From contig NC_086117.1 of assembly GCF_963921235.1 (NCBI RefSeq), forward strand, positions 25,172,001 through 25,236,000: 64,000 nucleotides of DNA, written 5' to 3'. Below the pieces are notes generated by a model. The model searched no databases, was not told where the DNA came from, and saw nothing but the letters and a program-made list of their open reading frames with translations. The stretch comes from Mobula hypostoma (lineage: Eukaryota). Shown here piece after piece: positions 1 through 13,666 of this stretch (positions are counted from its first letter, which is position 1; each line of letters opens with the position of its first letter). The position numbers were made by a program, and so were the translations under genes.

Positions 1-624
1 CAGGGCAGGCAGGTCATCTTCTATGTCTGTCTGCCTCAGTGTCGAAGGTCGAGGTTCGTCGTCTGCTGTGGCTGATGTGGAAGGCTTGAAAAATGACAGT
101 ATGCTTGTCTGCTAGCCTTGCGCATTTTTCTATCATCTCACGTAGTTGCTTCACATTCAGTTCCTGGACGACTTCACTTTCGGTCCGTTCGCTACTGCAT
201 TCGGTTTCAATTGTTATCCTTTCCTCTTCCAATTGTATCAGCTCTTCATCTATCAGTTCTTGGTCATGGGATGCCAAAACCTCTTCGCCATCATCTTTGT
301 CAACTTCCACAAGCCAAACTCACTTTGTCCTTACTTCGTTCACCACGATCGAAACGCTCAATTATGTCTAGTTTTACGCTAAGCGTAACACCTTTATGAG
401 CTCTTTTAGGCTTTTCGACACTTTAGAACTCATCTTGCTAACGGCTGCTCACAGGCACCTGTTTAAGCAATGCCGTTCCGGGAGAGGAGCTTGTCTGCTC
501 AGGGCACGTGCTGCCTTTTTTCTTAACAGTGAAAACACCTGTTAGCGAAATCAGGTAACTAGTGTAGGTCTTTCGTAACAGCGAGGTTTCATAAAGCGAA
601 CGTTGGAAAGGCGGGGGACACCTG
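1..624 (-). mobile_element. Tigger/pogo-like DNA transposon, internally deleted, runs off window start
   Basis: ORF 14..310 (EVDKDDGEEVLASHDQELIDEELIQLEE) resembles the Tigger transposase C-terminus, followed by a QTSILSFF-like tail. The minus-strand end CAGGTGTCCCCCG at 624 looks like a Tigger TIR. Confidence 0.7.
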
Positions 625-739
625 TGCTACTGCTGCGTTAATAACTTGCCTTAAACACATCAACACTTTACACAGTGGTCTCAATAAACGTTATTAATTG
701 AAATAGTAACTATCAACACAACCTATAACCCCTATGGAT

Positions 740-1325
740 CTGGGGTTGAGAGGGTGAACAGCTTTAAAGTTCCTTGGCATAAATATCACTTGAGGATCTC
801 ATATGGTCTGTACATACCAGCTGATGAAGTTTGGTATAGCACCCCAAATTCTAAGAGCTTTTTAATAGGGACACGATTGAGAGCATCCTGACTGGCTGCA
901 TCACTGCCTGGTATGGGAACTGTACTTACCTCAATCACAAGACTCTGCAGAGAGTGGTGCGGACAGCCTAATGCATCTGTAGATGTGAACTTCCCACTGC
1001 TCAAGACATTTACAAAGACAGCTGTGTAAAAAGGGCCCAAAGGATCATTGGAGACCCGTCACCCCAACCACAAACTGTTCCAGCTGCTACTATCCAGGAA
1101 ATGGTACTGCAGCATAAAAGCCAGAAACAACAGGCTCCAGGACAGCTTCCTCCACCAGCCCATCAGACTGCTTAAATCATGCTGACACGACTGTATTTCT
1201 ATGTTATAATGACTATCCTGTTGTACATATTTATTATAAATTACAATTGCACATTGCACATTTAGATGGAGACATAACGTAAAGATTTTTACTCATGTTT
1301 ATGAAGGATGTAAGAAAGTCAATTC
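740..1325 (+). mobile_element. Rex1/Babar-type LINE 3' fragment
   Basis: Degenerate VERVNSFKFLGI, ESILTGCITAWYG and LFQLLxSRKWYCSI motifs, then a 3' UTR. Confidence 0.65.
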
Positions 1326-1334
1326 AATTACCTA

Positions 1335-1678
1335 TTATTTCCAAGGAAAATTGATGATGAGCGAGGCATTGATTGTGTGGATAGTCAGGCTTTTTCCCCC
1401 CAAGGTTGAAATGGCTAGCACGGGAGGGCACAGTTTTAAGGGGCAGAGGAGATGTCAGGATTAAGTAAACACGAGTGGTGAGTGCTTGGAATGGGCTGCC
1501 GGCAACAGTGGTGGAGGTAGATACGACAGGGTCTTTTAAGAGACTCCTGGATAGGTACATGGAGCTTAGAAAAATAGAGGATTATGGGTAACTCTAGGTA
1601 ATTTCTAAGGTAAGGACATGTTCAGCACAGCTTTGTGGGCCGAAGAGCCTGTATTGTGCTGTAGGTTTTCTATGTTTC
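1335..1678 (+). mobile_element. CR1-like LINE 3' end
   Basis: VVSAWNGLPATVVEVDTTGSFKRLLDRYM-type terminus and a TTCTATGT tail. The same 3' end recurs at ~59295-59417. Confidence 0.65.
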
Positions 1679-3547
1679 GAAAACAAACTTAGTTTTCATG
1701 ATTTGATGAATCATTTCATGATTTCACTTTTTTGAATTATACAAAAATACTGAAGTTACTGTCTCCAAGCTCCAAATACTTTTAATTCCCCTGTGAAAAT
1801 GAATTTCTCTTCAACTTACTAAAATATTTTATTTTCTGAAAGTTGTTAAATTACATTAACTAACTATATATGTCAGACACTGGTGAAAGACAGCATGGCA
1901 GTTTGTCAAATGGCTGGTGGGGAGTGTGGTCACTGTGTATGTAGTTATTGCAATAGATAAGCCAGTTCAAGATCAGACCAAGCCAAAGCAAGATTATCAA
2001 GGTGGATGGATCCTTATAAGTTCCAATAAGTGACATCAAACACCTAGTTTCCCCAGTTTGGGTTTTGCCTTCAGCACTTGAATTTAGACTTCAGAGCCAT
2101 GGTCAAAATGTGGAACCAGAAGCTTGGTGAGAACAAATCCTTGCAGTATCAAGTCAGCAGTTGGTTTAGTGTGGCATCAAGGAGCCCTGCAAAAACTGAA
2201 CTCAACGGGATCAAGCAAATACCTTGCACAAAGAAAGATGATTGAGATCGTTGCTGATAAATCATTCTGGTCCCAAGGTATCAACGCATGAATTTCTCTG
2301 GTCACGTCCTCGCTCCTAATCTACAGTATTCCATCATTCAGTCAGAACAACTGCTTCTCAGACCCTCAACAAAAACTAACAAATATCAATTAAAATTTAA
2401 ATCAGTACAAGTCAGGATACTTGGGTGGGCATACTAGTCTGCCCTGCAAAGCCAGAGTAATGTCAAACCAGAAACAGACCTGACAACAGTGAAGGCAACA
2501 TACTTCCCAAAAGCTGCTCACAAAAACTGCAATCATTGTAGTAAGTGGTGTTGTATGTTCAACCGTATCCAGCAATCACAATGTCATGCGGTTGAATAAC
2601 ACCCAATCTGATTGAAAAACACAAATAACCAGTAAAACCACAATCATTGCTATTTTTATGCATTGAAATGCTCAAGCTTAGAAAACACACAAACAAATAA
2701 GGACAAGTATTTAATAATTTTAAAAAATTATTACATCTTGAATTCAAGAAAATTACAATATTAATGATATTTGTTCTCAATTGTATTTATCACTTAATAC
2801 AACTTTGAAATGTAATTTAGAACTCATCCTGTCAAAAAGCATTATTTTTTAAAAATGAGTATTTTAGTCCAGGTTTCACTATTACAATCAAGAGAAACTG
2901 ATCAAATTAAAAACTGAAAAGCAGCACGACACACAGAAGAGCTGGATCACTAAATAATGTGTTAAACTGCTTTCAGTTTTACAATGAACTGACAGCAAAT
3001 GTTGCTAGTACTGCTTTCATCATAATGCCAGATAGTGTTTTTTTACCACCTCACCAGTGGTGACTGCAGGGTTTTTTTGGGGGGGAGGGGGGAGGTTACA
3101 GTTGCTGCAACGAATGTGGGTTCCTAGGTTCTACTTCTCATGAAAAATATGTAGGTAAATAGGGATCTTGGTTACCCTGATCCACACCCTCAGTAGCCTC
3201 AAAATCCCTGCAAAACCTCTTTAGTGTCTGTCTCAGTAGATATACATGCAAGTGGAAATTGAGCAGATTAGAGAAGATTGGGTAATCCTCCACAATGCTG
3301 GATGGGAACAGCTAATTGAAAGCGGCTACCAGGCTGATTCCGTTTCTCGCAAGATGCAACATGTGTATACTAGACTAAGGAATTAAAGTTCTGGTTCTTA
3401 AATACTTTGTATTACAAAAATATTACAGACTAATATTAAAATGTTTAAAAATGTTTAAATATGCTGAATTAGTTCATAATGCACAAGCGGGAAATGCTGG
3501 AGTTGGGGAAAATATTCTCCAGCACTTTGCACCAGGTCTTCAGTCAG

Positions 3548-3786
3548 TCAATCTGCCACTTCATTAGCAAGTTGCTCAAGTAAAATCATCTCTCTTGGTC
3601 GTTGCTTCATCAGTTCTGCATTCAGCTGCCAGATTTTGACACTTCCTTTTGCATTACCAGCTGCAAGCAGCTGCGGTTGTTTTGGATTAAAAGCCAGGCA
3701 GTAAACTGGTTTGTTCTCAGCACACCGTTCAATAGAAATTGAGGGATACAGAGAGCTCTGCCCAAGATCACAAATCAGCACAGTTC
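3548..3786 (-). CDS. DYNC2I2: DYNC2I2/WDR34 coding exon 8 (last)
   Basis: ag acceptor at 3788-3787; GTVLICDL...VYCLAFNPKQPQLLAAGNAKGSVKIWQL...LANEVAD*, matching the WDR34 C-terminus. Confidence 0.93.
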
Positions 3787-3955
3787 CTGTAAATATAAAA
3801 AGAACACTCATTATTTAAGGCTAAAAATATCCCTCTCACACAATGATTTAAGATATTGAGATAAGGCAGTGACCTTTAATTTGAATATAAATTTTAACAA
3901 TTCATTAGAAACAGAATAACTTGGAGGCTCTGTTTCCATCTCAGAGTTAACATAT

Positions 3956-5220
3956 CAAGTCAAGTCACTTTCTATTGTCATTTCGACCATAACTGCTGGT
4001 ACAGTACACAGTAAAAACGAGACAACGTTTTTCAGGACCATGGTGCTACATGAACAAAACATAAACAACACTAAACTACACTAGACTACAGACCTACCCA
4101 GGACAGCGTAAAGTGCACAAAACAGTGCAGGCATTACAATAAATAATAAACAAGACAATAGGCACAGTAGAGGGCAGTAGGTTGGTGTCAGTCCGGGCTC
4201 TGGGTATTGAGGAGTCTGATGGCTTGGGGGAAGAAACTGTTACATAGTCTGGCCGTGACAGCCCGAATACTTTGGTGCCTTTTGCCAGATGGCAGGAGGG
4301 AGAAGAGTTTGTATGAGGGGTGCATGGGGTCCTTTATAATGCAGTTTGCTTTACGGATGCAGCGTGTGGTGTAAATGTCTGTAATGGTGGGAAGAGAGGT
4401 CCCAATGATCTTCTCAGCTGGCCTCACTATCCGCTGCAGGGTCTCGCGATCCGAGATGGTGCAATTTCTGAACCAGGCCGTGATGCAGCTGCTCAGGATG
4501 CTCTCAATACAACCTCTGTAGAATGTGGTGAGGATGGGGGGGGGCGGGGAGATGGACTTTTCTCAGCCTTCGCAGAAAGTAGAGATGCTGCTGGGCTTTC
4601 TTTGCTATGGAGCTGGTGTTGAGGGACCAGGTGAAATTCTCCGCCAGGTGAACACCAAGAAACTTGGTGCTCCTAACGATCTCTACGGAGGAATCGTCGA
4701 TGTTCAGCAGAGAGCGGTCGTTCCGTGTCCTCCTGAAGTCAACAACCATCTCTTTTGTTTTGTTTACAGTCAGAGACAGGTTGTTGGCTCTGCACCAGTC
4801 CGTTAGCCGCTGCACCTCCTCTCTGTATGCTGACTCATCATTCTTGCTGATGAGACCCACCACGGTCGTGTCATCGGCGAACTTAATGAAGTGGTTCGAG
4901 CTGTGTGTTGTAGCACGGTTGTGGGTCAGCAGAGTGAACAGCAGTGGACTGAGCACGCAGCCCGGGGGGGGCCCCCATGCTCAGTGTGATGGTGTTGGAG
5001 ATGCTGCTTCCAATCTGGACTGACTGAGGTCTCCCAGTCAGGAAGTCTAGGATCCAGTTGCAGAGGGAGGTGTTCAGGCCCAGTAGGCTCAGCTTTCCGA
5101 TCAGTTTCTGAGGAATGATTGTGTTGAATGCTGAACTGAAGTCTATGAACAGCATTCGAACGTATGTGTCTTTTTTGTCCAGGTGGGTTAGGGCCAGGTG
5201 GAGGGTGATGGCCATATCCT
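3956..5220 (-). mobile_element. Rex1/Babar-type LINE, 5'-truncated, frameshifted RT
   Basis: ORFs 4883..5233 ([12 protein letters not shown]), 4504..4956 (KFADDTTVVGLI) and 4188..4427. (TTGAC)n tail at ~3956. Confidence 0.9.
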
Positions 5221-6306
5221 CCCAGCACACCAACCTTTTATGCAGTACTCCACCAAGAGTTTTGAAAATTGAAATGCATTACATCCACTGGTTCTCCCTC
5301 ATCTATTATACAAGATACATCCTCAAAAATATTCAATTAATATTAATTTCTCTTTCATAACCTATTCTGATTTGTAATACTTTCTCAATGTTAAAGCCGG
5401 ATAGAAGACAAATTTCTACTGACTGCAGTCCAAACCACCCAGCTCTTTGCAAAATGTACGTAGGGCACAGAAAATATCCTACAGCCAACAGTGTAAGTAA
5501 ATGTTTGCCTTTATTTAACACTACAATGCCAAAAAAGATTCAACCCACATATTAGCTGGTGATCAAAAGCTTGATAAAATTGTAGATTTCAGGGAAGTCT
5601 TAGAACAAGGAGAAAGGACTGGGAGTGTTCAGGCTGGAGACTAAGCAAATCAAGGCACAGCTGCTGAGGAACAAAATACCCATGAAAAACTAAAACTGGA
5701 GGAAGAAGAGAGATGTGAGGGTAGTACTACTAGAGAAGGCCACAGAAAGGAAAGTGAAGGATGAAGGGATTGACAACCAAGCTGAAAGTTTTGAAAACAA
5801 TATTTAAGATTACAGGCCAGAATAATCCACTGAGCACAGGGTAACATGAAAGACTCAAAGAAACCCTCTTGGATACATACAGCTTCTCTTACCAATTTGT
5901 GCATTAAGAGGAATGCATGTTCTGCCACTTAATCTTGAACTTATGCTATAAGAATGCAGTTGCTGACTGCTTAAGTAACTGGATTTGCACCAAGGGAAAG
6001 GAGTTCAAATCCTACACATAGCAGCTGGGTAATTTAAACTCACTCATGGTTAAATTTACAGGTTATCATGTAAATAAAACAGCTGGTTCAGGAAAAGAAA
6101 TCTGCTTTTCTTATCGAATCTGGCCTACAACCCAACTTATTGATTTTATTGACTCTTAATTGCTTCCTCACTTCAGGGTGGTAAATGCAGACTTGACCAG
6201 TGTCCTCTGCATCACAGGGATACATTTTTTTTAAATCAGGTCTTTAAAATTTCCCATTAAAACAAAACCCAAGGTTTTAAAAATATCATACAGTAACTGC
6301 ACTTAC

Positions 6307-6464
6307 CCTCTCCTGTGGCTGCAGCAAAGACTAGAGGTCGGACTGGAGACCAGCAAACACTGAAGAGGTATGTTTGAGATAACTGAAGAGAAAGAATTGG
6401 CTTGGCTTGCAACATGGAGTATAGATGAACATGTCCATCAGTGCCAGCAGTGAGAAAAAGGTTT
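6307..6464 (-). CDS. DYNC2I2: DYNC2I2 coding exon 7
   Basis: cag/gtaagt boundaries; [52 protein letters not shown]; splice phases are compatible with the neighbouring exons. Confidence 0.95.
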
Positions 6465-7089
6465 CTGGGAGAAGAACATTCAAAATTTAAGCATTTATCT
6501 AAATATACAAATGTACAGTTAATGTGCTGGACTAGTCTAATTTACCAGAAATGTGAACTTACAGCTACACATTCAAAATCTTGGAATACCCAAAAATGAT
6601 ATGCATTCATGCTGTAATGAATGAAAAGCAGCATCTAGATTGTCCATTTATTGTACATTGACAAATAAATATTTATCCGGACACTGAGTAAAAATACTTA
6701 GCTCTTCTTTTAAATTTTACCTTTACGTCCATTAACAGACACCACAGAACTGCATCTCTAGCAGTGCAACAATCTTCAATACTGCACTGAAGTTCTGCGA
6801 AATGAAAAAGGCTGCAGAGTCCTGAAAGTCTACTAGTCCTAATTAATTGGGGTTTACAACTTTAATTTGTACAGGGTTAAATAATGTGTAGGTCAGGTAT
6901 CAAGTGTTTCTTCCCTCCCCTCCCGGTCCTGAAGAATAATACATTACTGAGCTGCAGCATACAATTTATATAGTTAAACCAGTTAACTGAATTCCTTCAA
7001 GGAAAAACTAAATTTGTTTCTGGCTGGTCTGGTTACCACTTCTTAAAAAGGTAGGTGTATGGAATTATCAATGACGGCCTTATGCAGGA

Positions 7090-9370
7090 AAGGTAAAACG
7101 CTAATGAGAAAGCAAACTTGTAAGGAGAGGTCCCATCCTTTGTGATTATAAATTAGCAATTTTAAGAAAATCTTGCAATTGTACAAAGGCAGAAGAGAGA
7201 ATACTTTAAAAATTAGTAAAGAAAGAATAACAAATATAGGAACAGATAGTAAAAGGGTTTACAGATAGGTTCAAAGATGCTTAACAAAGAAAATGCAGGT
7301 CCCACAGAAAACAAGTCTTGGCAATTAATAATGAAAAAACAAGGAGATGACAGCTGCATTAAACAGGAATTTGGCGTCATTCTGCATTGTATACTGGAAT
7401 ACAAATCATCCCAGAAAAGGATGGTACTCATGAGTTAGGAGAACTCAGGAAAATTATCAACAGTAATGCCATGGTCCTGTACAAATTGTTGGAGTTGCAG
7501 GCTGACGAGTCCCTGGGACCTGATGGACAAGTGACAAGTTACTGCACTAGTTTTAATTTCTAAACTTTCCTAGACTGAGTGAAAATCCTTTGGATTCTAA
7601 GATAACAAACATTTTTATTTGCAAAGGAAGGCAGAAAGCAGGAAATTAAGAGGATAATTACCATAGCATCTTTCATACAGAGCATGTTATTATTAAAGCT
7701 ATTGGAAATGTAATTGCAGACCATTTAGAAAAAGAAATGTGATAATTGGCCATGTTAGCATAGTGTAGTGAAAGGAAAATAATGTTTGGTCCATTTAAAA
7801 ACCAGCGTACGCAAAAGATAAAAGAAAATCTGCAGATTACTACAACTGGATTTCTAAAAGACGTTGATAAGCACTATATCCTTGTCATTATATTACCTTC
7901 TACACTAAGCTTTTATTTTCTGCAATAACTTTTGATAGATGATTGGTTTTCAATACAAAATTGAAACTTTTCGTGAAGGGCAAATGGTGTACCCCAATCT
8001 CAGCCTTTTCCTTTTACTATTTTTATAAATAACTTGCAGGATGGGAAGGCACATAAAAGTACAACTGGTAAATTATATCATAGCTACATGTGTGTCAGGA
8101 TTATGCAGCAGGAAAATATGCCCTTCTGCCCAACTCATCCAAGCTGGCAAAGGTGCCTCCCTGGGTGCCATTCTTTTGTCCTTTACCCTCCAGCCCCCGC
8201 CTAGTTGATCCGGATCCTGTTGTAACCCAAGACAATCCTCTTCATTGTCACTACAGCACTCATTCCGGTGCCATCTGCAAACTATGCCACCTACAATCTC
8301 ATCTAAATCATTAACATGATGAACAGTGGACTTTACAGAGATCCCTTCAGCACACTACCGGTCACAGTCTTCAGTCTAAAAAACAACCCTCCACTACCAC
8401 CCTCCAACTCCTTCCACTAAGCCACAGAGACAATGCCCACCACCCTGCCCTCATCAATCCCCTTGGACACTTCAAGCAAATTTGTGAGACACGACTTCCC
8501 ACACACAAAGCCATTCCAACTATCCCTAATTACTCCTTCCCTTCTCAAATACAAGCACATCCAATCTTTCACTATGCCTCCACTAACTTTGCCACCACTG
8601 ACATAAGTCTCACTGACCTGTCGTTCTTTGGCTTGTCCTTGCAATTTGAAAGGTAGGAAAATAAGTTCTGAAGAAGACATAAGGAAGTTGCAAGAGATGT
8701 AGGCATGTCAAATAAGTAGGCAAATAAATGGCAAACAAACTATAATGTGGGAAAATATGTATATAGTTATTCATTTTGGCAGAACAAGAAATTAAAGGGC
8801 GTATAATATAAATGGTGAGAGATTGGAGCTCTGGGTGACCTGATGCATGATTCGGAAAAGACAAGTATGAGAAAAACTAAGAGACTGTTATATTAATGTT
8901 AGGGGAATAGAATTGAAAAGTATAGATATTATGCTTCCCTTATACAGGATATTGATGACACACATCTGGAATATTGTGTAAGCAGATAAAAATAATTATT
9001 AGCACAAGCTGTGAAATGGGCAGGAAAGGAAGGAAAGCCTAAACCTGTTTGTTCTGGAGTTCACTAGCTTAAGAAGTGACTTGAATGAAGCTCATAATAT
9101 CCAGAGAGGTCTTGACAGGTTCGATATGGAAGAATTTAGAATAACAGGTCAGTTTGGAAAAAAAATGAAGACAAGATGATTTTTCTCTAAATGGGTCACA
9201 ATTCTTCCGAACCCACTTACTCATAGGGCACTACAACCAGAGTAACTGAATATTTGTAAAGCAGATTCTTGCTAAGCATGGGGTTGGATGGTTCCAATGA
9301 GTAGAGGCAATGAAGAATAGGCTCAAGGGACCAAACAGCCGACACCTGCTCCTAATTAGCATGCTATCGC
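7090..9370. mobile_element. Cluster of degenerate CR1-like LINE fragments in both orientations
   Basis: Remnant motifs SPGPDG and GFVCGKSCLTNLLE (ORF 8417..8680), plus a CR1-type 3' end near 9310-9360. Confidence 0.55.
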
Positions 9371-9472
9371 TTGGAATTGTTTAATAATCTAAACAGGGAG
9401 ATTTCAGAGGGATTTTCCCAATTTTTATATTTCTCCTGATCTACTCCCACTTTTCATTGTTCATATACACAC

Positions 9473-9699
9473 CTGTGAAATGGTGAGCAGGCAACAGCAT
9501 GCACAGAACCACAGTGGGGGGAGAAGGTAAATTGGGCTGGTGCTTTCAATGGAACAGAACCGGAGCTCAGCGTTGCACGAGTCAGAACCTCTGTTGAACA
9601 TTTCAGCACGTAACCACCCTCCACACCAGTAATGAATACAGTCTTGTCCAGGTGAGAGAAAGAGAGAGCAGTCACACCAAAAGTAGTGTTCCCACGAAC
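9473..9699 (-). CDS. DYNC2I2: DYNC2I2 coding exon 6
   Basis: ccccag acceptor; VRGNTTFGVTALSFSHLDKTVFITGVEGGYVLKCS...PLKAPAQFTFSPHCGSVHAVACSPFHR; gt donor at 9472. Confidence 0.92.
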
Positions 9700-9866
9700 C
9701 TGGGGAATGAGTTGAGATATTAGAAGTCTGTAAGACAAAGCAATACTTCACACAGGAAGTGTAACTAATCAATTCCAGCTTCTATGTATAGTATTACTGA
9801 CTCCAGAATGCTGGAAGTTCTCATCATGTCAAATGACGTCAGAGGAGCACGAAAGTAGTTTAACAT

Positions 9867-10378
9867 GAGAGGATTATTGTTCCAGACAGATTAATTTTAC
9901 CATGATGATTAGGTCATAGTTAAGACCAGGTGTGTGTTTTGGGGGGTGGGGGGTGATGGGGGGGTTGGTGAGACTGTCCTATATCAAAGTATACCTTTGG
10001 TCTCTCATCAGTTTCTCTTTTCAATGCTGGTGCCTAATCTGCTGATCACTTCCAGAATATTTGACTTATTTAAATTTATTTATTTATTTTTACACACTTG
10101 CAGTACTTCTGTTTTTAGATTCCAGAATTGTTGAGTAGTCAGTGAAGCTGCATTCCACACTGAAAATTCAGCCCATTTCAAAATAAATTTAAACTTTGCT
10201 AGCAAAATTCCCTGATCTTTTAGAGAGGAGATCCTGATGCACATAAAAATCTCATCAAATAGTCTCCAAAAGGTAGACTTTGATATAGGACAGTCTCACC
10301 AACCCCCCCACACACCTGGTCTTAACTATGACCTAATCATCATGGTAAAATTAATCTGTCTGGAACAATAATCCTCTC
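9867..10378. repeat. ~110-bp inverted repeat (arms 9867-10000 and 10266-10378) in DYNC2I2 intron 5
   Basis: gagaggattattgttccagacagattaattttaccatgatg... is mirrored by ...catcatggtaaaattaatctgtctggaacaataatcctctc. The left arm has an extra G-rich insert of about 20 nt. Confidence 0.92.
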
Positions 10379-10761
10379 TCCAGGGATCCTGCCTGGAATG
10401 CTGTGCACTTTCAGCAACTTCACAACCTGGATCACCTATACTAGCAAGGCTCAGATTTCCCAGTCAGTTGTGGAAAGTCAATTGGATTCCAGCATGAAAA
10501 CAATTTGACCCTGCTTGCCAACCATATGGCTAAAAGAGAGAAATGAAGAAGCAACTCACAAATGTTGATCTGAACACTAGTTAACTATAAAGGAAATGCA
10601 AATATTTGCTAGACAATAGCCATTGGCATGTCTTGGGTTTCCTTACCAGTGTATTTCCATTAGAATAATGGAAAGGCTTATAGCTATGAATGCAAGTGGT
10701 TCTCAAATTTCAGACCTATCCCGGACATCTATTACAACATCAAGCTACAAAGAATGCTCAC

Positions 10762-10926
10762 CTTGAGTTTGACATTGCGTGGCATCTGCTGAACGATAAA
10801 AGCAAATCCATCCTGCACTACAAGTTGACCTTTGCCATCCATCCCCCAGATGAGAATCTTTCCATCAGTACTCGCACTCAGAATTTGAATTCTGTTACTG
10901 TGACTCAAACTCTGGTTCCACTGAAC
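10762..10926 (-). CDS. DYNC2I2: DYNC2I2 coding exon 5
   Basis: VQWNQSLSHSNRIQILSASTDGKILIW...GFAFIVQQMPRNVKLK; cag/gtgagc boundaries. Confidence 0.95.
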
Positions 10927-11958
10927 CTGTTTTAAAAGAGAAAAGACATTTTTTATACTTAAAACTCTCAGGTTAGCCATTCCCTTTCTGCTATATTTGT
11001 TTCTTTGGAAAATGTGACAGTTCCTTCTCCTTTTAGGTGTTTAAATATTAGATGAAAAGCAGTGAGACTCTCCCATACTCTACTCGCTCAAATCTGTTAC
11101 CCAGTCAGTGATACACACAAGGTGTAGTTGGACAATGGGCACTACTGATTGTCTTCTGGAGTCTGGAGTTAAAGGAAAGCATTCAAGGTGAAGCATTCTT
11201 CAGCCCTAGCGTTATGGGCTGACAAACTATTTCTATGAGAAATAGTTCTCATAGTAAGTAAAACCAAGGAAAGAGTATCAAACCAGACTACAGAGCAAGA
11301 AAGAAACGACTAGGATATACTAACTGCAATGGGTTGAGGATTGAATAAGGAACAATGATTTTCTGTTTTTGCAGCCTATCTATTGACAATGCTTTCATCC
11401 ATAACTGTTGTTATGTCCATCTTCCATAACCTGAGCTCATTTAACTATTGTAATCAACCTGTACAAAGTCCTCTTCATCCATTGCCCCTGTGGCTTAGTG
11501 ACCTTCTAGGTTTCAGGTCCAGAAATGTTTTAATCTTAAAAACGTCACCCTGATTTTCATATTACTGCATGGCCTCACTCAGCATGTTGCTTACAGACAT
11601 ACAATCTCATCACTATGCTCCTCTAATTCTGCTCCTACCTATTCTCTCCTCCACACTCATGGTAGCTGAACAATAAATCATGCAAAAACAGAAAATCATT
11701 CCGTTACAACTCTGTATTTTTCCTCTTGTTTTAAGTTGCTCCTTAAAACAACTCATTATCTTGCAAACATGAAATGCATCACATTGTAGTTCCCATCACA
11801 CAAATAACTTGCCAAGGGCATAAATGGTGGGGTAGAAGGAGTGACACACTGAATTTTAATATTAGCTTCAATCACCCTGAAGATTTTCAACATGGTCAAA
11901 TTAGTAATAAACCAACCATGGTAAGGACAATAAAATCAACTCAGACTACATCTTTTAC

Positions 11959-12068
11959 CTGATAAACAGGCTCACGATGAGTATCTTCAGACATTCCTGA
12001 TCCAGCAATTAAAGGGTCATCAGTTTTACTGCAGTTCCATACTAAAACTTCTCCATTGTAAAGTCCAC
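11959..12068 (-). CDS. DYNC2I2: DYNC2I2 coding exon 4
   Basis: GGLYNGEVLVWNCSKTDDPLIAGSGMSEDTHREPVYQ; tag/gtaaaa boundaries. Confidence 0.95.
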
Positions 12069-12184
12069 CTAAAGAAAACAGCATATAAACTTAGAACATA
12101 ATCTTTCTCCTCACATACGACATTACAGTTTATTAATACTAAATATCAAGCAGCATTCATACATCAGCCAATAAATTAAGGATT

Positions 12185-13660
12185 TAAGATGGACTCAGAG
12201 GAAACAGTCTGTTTTCCCCCATGCCTCCTGCTTTTGTTATTCAAATGTCTATCAATCTCTACCTCAACATGCACAATGATTCCACCTCCACAGCTCTCTA
12301 GACAATCCCCCCGGAGTCAAGCCCCTCAGAAGAAATTCTATTTTAATCTCCATCTTGAATTGACAATCAACCCCTTATTCCAAAACTGTTCTCCACATTC
12401 TGGATAATTACAATGGAGGAAACATCCTTCATATCCATCCATCAAACCTTCAAGTACGTGCTTAAATCAGATTCTCATTCTTCTAAGTTTCTGTGCATCA
12501 GCCCAATATCTCTTCATATGCCACCGCCCTCATCCCAGGATTCAACCAAACAAATCTTCATTGTACTGTCTCCAATACAAATGTATCCTTCGCTAAATAG
12601 GAAACTGAAAACTATAAGCATAACTCCAGGTGCTGTATCACCAGCACTTAGAAAATCTGTAAACTTTTCAAGTTTGTAAACAATCATTGCATTGCCACTT
12701 TCAATAAAGGCTAAGATTAAATAACCATTGTTCATTACTTGTACCTGTGTGTAAACCTTTGTAATTCATGCACTGTCCATACACATTTTCCCTCATTATA
12801 TGCCACCTGCAAGCTTCTTACCCATTCACTTACCTAGATCACTTTTCACGCTCCTTGTGTGTCCCTCATAACTGTCTTTGTATCATCAGCTATAATACAC
12901 TCGACCCCTTCATCGAACTCTTTAAAAAGATCATAAATAGTTGACCACTGATCCCCGTGATATTTGTTACTGACTACTAATCCTAACACGACTCATTATT
13001 GCCCCCCCACCTGTTTGATAATCAGTTCCTTAACCATAAGGGCATACTACCACAATCCCACATTCTCTTCTACTGTGTAGTAACTTCCATGCGACATCTT
13101 GTCAACTGCCTAAATGAAATCTAAATGCATTAAATCTGCTGGTTCCCCCTTTACTCTTTCCTCAAAATCATCCAGCAAATTCGTCAAACACAATTGCTCT
13201 TTCACAAAATTACGTTGAATTTGTTTCATTATCTTCTGATTTTCCTTTTATTACCAACTTAACAATGGATTCCAGCATTTCCCCCTTAATGTTATATGGC
13301 CTTTATTTTTTTCTTTTCTCCCTCCTTTCTTGAATAGTGACATTATATTTTCAGCTTTCCAATTCAATGAACGTGAGCGTGGACCTTTGGCAGATTAAAA
13401 TAAATATTGCAGCATCTCTGTAACTACAAGACCAAAGGATGCATGATTTGTCAATCACATTCGCTTACTACTTTTTTTGTCTGACTCCCTCCAGAGCTTC
13501 AATTATTCATTAATATTGGGGTGTTTTAAAATTGATTTCTGTTGTGAAATCTGATCCATTTAGAATCTCTGCCATTTCTCTGTTTTCTATTAATTCCTCA
13601 GTGTTGTCCTCCAAGAGACCCATTTATTATTTAGCTACCATCTTCCTTTTTAAATAACAT
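12185..13660 (-). mobile_element. Old degenerate CR1-like LINE
   Basis: CR1-type 3' end near 12190-12350 and weak RT-region remnants. Confidence 0.5.
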
Positions 13661-13666
13661 TGTATT

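Noticed and set aside
9701-9730. Upstream acceptor (ttacag) for DYNC2I2 exon 6
   Set aside because: Out of frame with exon 5; the ccccag acceptor keeps the frame.
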